This document shows, piece by piece, positions 59,004 through 64,000 of a DNA stretch of 64,000 nt. The notes under the pieces were generated by a model. That model was given only the letters and a program-made list of their open reading frames with translations, did not search any database and was not told where the DNA came from. Each line of letters starts with the position of its first letter. Within the stretch, counting starts at the first letter, position 1. A program made the position numbers and the translations under genes. This stretch comes from the human T2T-CHM13v2.0 reference genome, Homo sapiens. The stretch lies in assembly GCF_009914755.1 (NCBI RefSeq), contig NC_060926.1. One strand, given 5' to 3'.

Positions 59004-61139
59004 TAAGTATGAAGAAATTTTGATCATTTTCTATAATGATTAGTTTAATATTTTCTTAACAATTATATACTAAGTTCTTTTGAAAATATATTAGTGGGGT
59101 GGATGATTTAATGTTACCGATACCCTAAACAGGTGCTTCCTATGCCTATTGGATAAATAACTCTAACACCAAGCACTAAAAGTATCATCAATAGCTGTGT
59201 CTGCATCCCATCCGCCTACGTAATAGCCTACCTCCCCCAAGAACACATGCACATGCACCTCATCTTTCTGGGTATTTTCTGAAAGGCCACAATAAAAAGA
59301 AATTTGCTGATTCAGATTCTGAGTTAGGATAAACGCTAGGGATCATATTGAATAAGCAGATAACTTGTTTCACCTCAAATGATATCTATAATAAACAATA
59401 GTTTCAAAATGTTTTCTTACTATTTTCTATACACAGTAAATCTTAAGCTCTGAACATATTAGTGTAAAATAAACTATGAAACCAGAAAAAATATGGTACT
59501 AGAAATAACGCTATCAGTCAGTGGTCACCCAATCATTACTATCAATCAATGAAATTCTTATGAAGTTTTCCTATTGTAAATAACCTGCATTATTAGTTAA
59601 CTGTTAAACTGAAATGAAATACATCCTGTAAAACTTAGGATTTTGTAAGTGCCCCTAGTACAAAAACATATCTTTTGATTTTTCAGATATCTCTCTACTT
59701 ACTTGGCTTTGATTTATTATGTTTGCAATGATATCTTCTTCCTGTGACTTTATAATTCTCTAAATGTAACTATAGTTAAAGAATCATAAACAATTAAGAG
59801 ATAAGTGAACCATTCTTTCCGATGCTTGAAAAATGTTGTGTAGCACTTTGACATTTTTATTTTCCTCATTTAGCTTTTTATTTCAACAAACATAGGAAAA
59901 ATTACTCTTTAATTCTGAAAACTTATTTAAAATATTTCACTTTCACTTGAAATAATTATTTGGAAAAATATTACCATGCTGTTCACTAAAGCAGCATTTT
60001 AATTCTTTACAAAATTACATGATTTCTTAGAGAGCTATACAAATAATTCTAAACTGAAAGTTTCAAAGTTTACATGGCTTGTTTCAAGTTAATTGTGGCC
60101 AAAATATAATTGTATAACTATACAACAATATCATTTTCCTGCAATTTTAAAATCAGATTTATTACCTAAAGCATCCGGATTGAAATAATGAATAACCCCA
60201 ACCAGAGGGCAGAGCCAGTTATGCCCTGGATAAATCTGTTTAAAAAATCTAGTTTTACAAATTCATCATGTAGGCAAATCAATCTGGCTGTGGTTCAATG
60301 TCATACTCAAATATTCATTGTCATCAGGATGCCAGTCATAATGTTTTTATTTAAGTGTCTAACATGTAATTTAAGTGTCTAACATGATTATGGTGGATAT
60401 TTAATATCTATACTCTTTGCTTCACCAAGAATAGGAAGAGGACAAATACTGAAAAGTTGAAAGGTTGGTAATTTTCCATCATCACATGGCCAGACATTGT
60501 TAATGTCTTAAGGTACAACTCAAGTTTTCTTCTCCATTTCTAAAAGAGAATTATCTTTCCTTCTTTTGAACTTGTATTTTGTTATTACTTTATTCATTTA
60601 TCAATGTCTGGCTTATTTATAAGGATGTCTTATCTCACCTTATAGAAGTTAAATTCTTTGAAAGTAATAAATATTTTTCAGAATATCCAGTTTAATGTCT
60701 TAAACATAGTAATTTTCAATGAATATTTGTTGAATAAAAGAAAAATTAATTGGCATTGTGTGAGTGAAAAGAAAGATGATAATGTTATCTTTGTTAAATA
60801 GTTCTTTAAATATTCAAATATGGTATTAATGTATTTCAGGACATGTTATGCTTCCTATTTGATGCTTGGATTGTCAGATGCTCATGGCTTATTAACCCTA
60901 TAGTTTATGAAATTTGAAAAAGAAAAGTCACTAGCATATTTGCATATTACTCAGAACCATCATTTCTTATGTTTCTCTTATTGAACAATTTATAAAATAC
61001 ACAGGTTTGAAGTAGAAATACCAAGAGAGAATGAAACATTTCTACATTACAGAGAGAAGGAAGTAGAGATATAATGTGACAATCAAAAACATATGTAATA
61101 CTCATTAATTGCAGGTGAAACTTATATACAAAAAATCCC

Positions 61140-61760
61140 TATTTATTTGGCCCACAAACACTTGTGTAGGACTGGCATAGGTAGAAAAAAAAAGATAAAA
61201 AATGAGAACCCTTCCCTTGAAGAATTTTTACCATTACATTAGGAGATAGAAATATAAAAACCTAATTAGAATAGGATGAATTAAATAAATTCTGAAAAAG
61301 ATGCCTGAAAAGTGCAAAGGGAATACTGGGAAGAATAGAGAACACTAAAAACAGTTGGGGGGTTAGAAACCTTCAAAGAAGAGAAGATATTTGAGCTGAT
61401 TATTAATGTTTCAATACATTTTATCATCAAGTATCTGTGTGTGGAGAGAGGTGGTGAGTGATAGCCCAGACACAAAAATCAGAGTGCAAATTTATGCAAG
61501 TGTGAAGAAGTATGAAAGATTTAGGGAACAGCATGTAACTCAGTATGGTTGGGGTATTTATTATGAGTGAAAATATTTTTGAGTAATTGGAGAATTTGCT
61601 CCTAAAGAAAGTGACACAGAATGGTAGAAAGAAGACTTTAAAGAGATTTTAAATGTTATACTTTATTCTCGAAGCAATGGAAAGCTGCTGGAGGATTTCA
61701 GGTGGTAAATGACATAATGAAATTTGTATTCATGCCAATAACTCCAGCTGATGCTGCAAA
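61140..61760 (-). mobile_element. L2 fragment
   Basis: Purine-rich strand. CTTTATTCTCGAAGCAATGGAAAGCTGCTGGAGGATTT...GACATAAT. Confidence 0.6.
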
Positions 61761-62147
61761 TGAAAATGAAAATACAAGAATCTACTTAATCATGTATTTT
61801 GGCTTTTCTTAATAAACTGTGTTTCTGATAACATCTTTATCCATCTGGAATACTGCTATCAAATATATTGCAAAATAATTGTAAAAAATTTAATTATTAG
61901 GATAACAACATAAATTATTGGAAGGTTTTAAATTATCGAGTTAAAATATTTCTGGTTAATGCAGGAAATAATTTCATTGTCATTTCATTTTAATAAAGTT
62001 GTTAAATTCCTCAATTTCAAAGATTATATAAGAAAGAGAAAGAAAGTCCATGGAATGTTTTTATTTCTAGAATATTATAATGAAAACCCAAATGCCTTTT
62101 TATCTATGAGAATATTATCAGCAATATAAGAAGGCAACAGCCATGAT

Positions 62148-62325
62148 TATTTATTAAGTGCCCATTATGTGCCAGTCATATTTTAGCTGCAGGTATGCAT
62201 ATGATCTCATAATTCTTTTATAACCCTGGGAGATACATAGATATGAAATCTGAGACCAAAAGGAATTTTGTACTTTCCCAAGGTTCATCACAATATTAAA
62301 TGGCAGGACCATTTGACTTCAAAGC
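62148..62325 (-). mobile_element. MIR
   Basis: TTTATTAAGTGCCCATTATGTGCCAG...TTCCCAAGGTTCATCACA. Confidence 0.6.
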
Positions 62326-64000
62326 AAGTCAATAAAGCAGTTTTTATTAAAAACTATTTGCCAGACATTCTATTGATTAGTTTAATGTGTAAATGCAACT
62401 AAAACATTTAATGCCACTAAAATGCAGCTAAGAACTTTAGAATCAGAAGGTACCAGACCATACATTGAATAGGAACACGTGACAATTTGTAAAAGAAAGA
62501 AGATGTCATATCTCGGCTGTGTAGCAACGTAAGGCCTCTGAACTGTGAGTTAATCAAGTAAAAAAAGGAGGACAAGACAAAGGCATTAGAGGACCGGAAG
62601 CTATTTCAAGTACAAATGTATAGCAGAAACAGAATTCAGGTCATGGACAAGGTGAGATTGTGGGTTAGCAGAATCTAGGGCACCAATTTGAAATCTAGTT
62701 AGTGCATGATTCAATGTCCACAGTCAAATCAGTAATCGAAGACCAAAAGAGCAACAAAAATGATGAAATACAGAAACTAAGGCCAATCCACCCATCTAAA
62801 ACAGTGTAGATAGATTCTCACAGATACAAGGCCTCTGTTGAAAGTCCTAACATTGTTTCCTTATAAAATTTTCATTTTTAACTGACATGGTGCAATGTAA
62901 CAGTATGTTTCAGGTGAATTGAAGTGACCTTCGTTATTACTTGCCATTGATGGGATTTTTTTGTAGCAGACAGATCAGGCCACTATTGGCAAGAAATAAT
63001 AAATTCAAAAAAGAAAGTAACTAATATAATGTAAAATAAAAAGTTCCATGGTGGGGGTTATCATACCTCTGGCATGATGCATTTGCAAATAACAAGTTAA
63101 AACAAATTTCATAGTTTTTCCAATTTTTCTGAGAGTCCCACTGCACATAATAAGGAAGTGAATCACTTTCCATCCTAAATACACATACTCTTCCCACTTA
63201 CTCTTCAGAAGAAACAAGAATATATTTTGTCATATTCTTTAGAGACTATATTAGCCTAGGACATCTTTTATCTGTTTTGTTTGTTTGCCAATGAAGTCAC
63301 TGCAGGTGGTGAATCATGGGCTGTACCAGCTGGAGGGAACCTTCTAGACAACACTGTAGTTCAAGTCCAACATGTACAGATGAAGAAACTAAGATGTAAA
63401 GGGATTAATTAAAGTCACCCAGTGAGTCAGTGGGTGCTGAAAATGTTGAGAATTATTTAAAACAACTGAGAATTATTTAGAATAACTGAAAAACTTTAAA
63501 ACAATTATAAAGATTTGGAGATTATTCAACGTAAAATAGAGAAGGCTTTAGAATGAATTACCTCATAAATAACTTCTAGTTATGGGGATTACACATTAGA
63601 AGAAGTTATGTAACTGTTATCAATTTACCCAGAGGTTAGCATGGAGCAGGATGATCTTAAATTATTTGAAACAAAAGACAAATAATGAACATCTGGAAAG
63701 TACTGGCCAAGTTTTAAATATAGCATGTAGAATCTCTTTATTGATAAAAAAAAAAAAATTACACAACTGGCTGTTTGCTGAGCCAAAATTACAAAGGGCT
63801 TAAAAATTCTTGACAACCTTCTGGATCAGAATCTGACCAACCTTCTGGATCAGAATCAGAGTATGCATGAGGACAGCAGCACTGCTCCAAATCTGTTTGG
63901 TCTGATGCGTGTCCACATCAGAATCATAACTCTTGGCACAATCATAACTTTGGAAGTCTTTATGTGATAAGTTATTTAAGATCATTTACTTTTAGAATGT

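Overview
AT-rich, repeat-dense primate (almost certainly human) genomic DNA. No host protein-coding exon is recognisable. The dominant feature is a full-length LINE-1 at 46411-52465 (+ strand). It has an intact 5'UTR, ORF0, ORF1p (338 aa) and ORF2p (1275 aa), and 3'UTR diagnostics ACG/G that place it in human-specific L1HS pre-Ta. The insertion does not end at the L1 poly(A). It continues through about 180 bp of foreign sequence with its own ATTAAA signal and a second poly(A), and only then come the target-site duplication and the rest of the old L1MC fragment it interrupted. This is the structure of an L1 3' transduction, which can be used to trace the source element. The rest of the window is Alu, old L1, L2, MIR, MaLR/ERV LTR and DNA-transposon fossils with several nested and rearranged structures. 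Nearly all short ORFs in the track are spurious. Subfamily names come from recalled consensus sequences, not from a database search.
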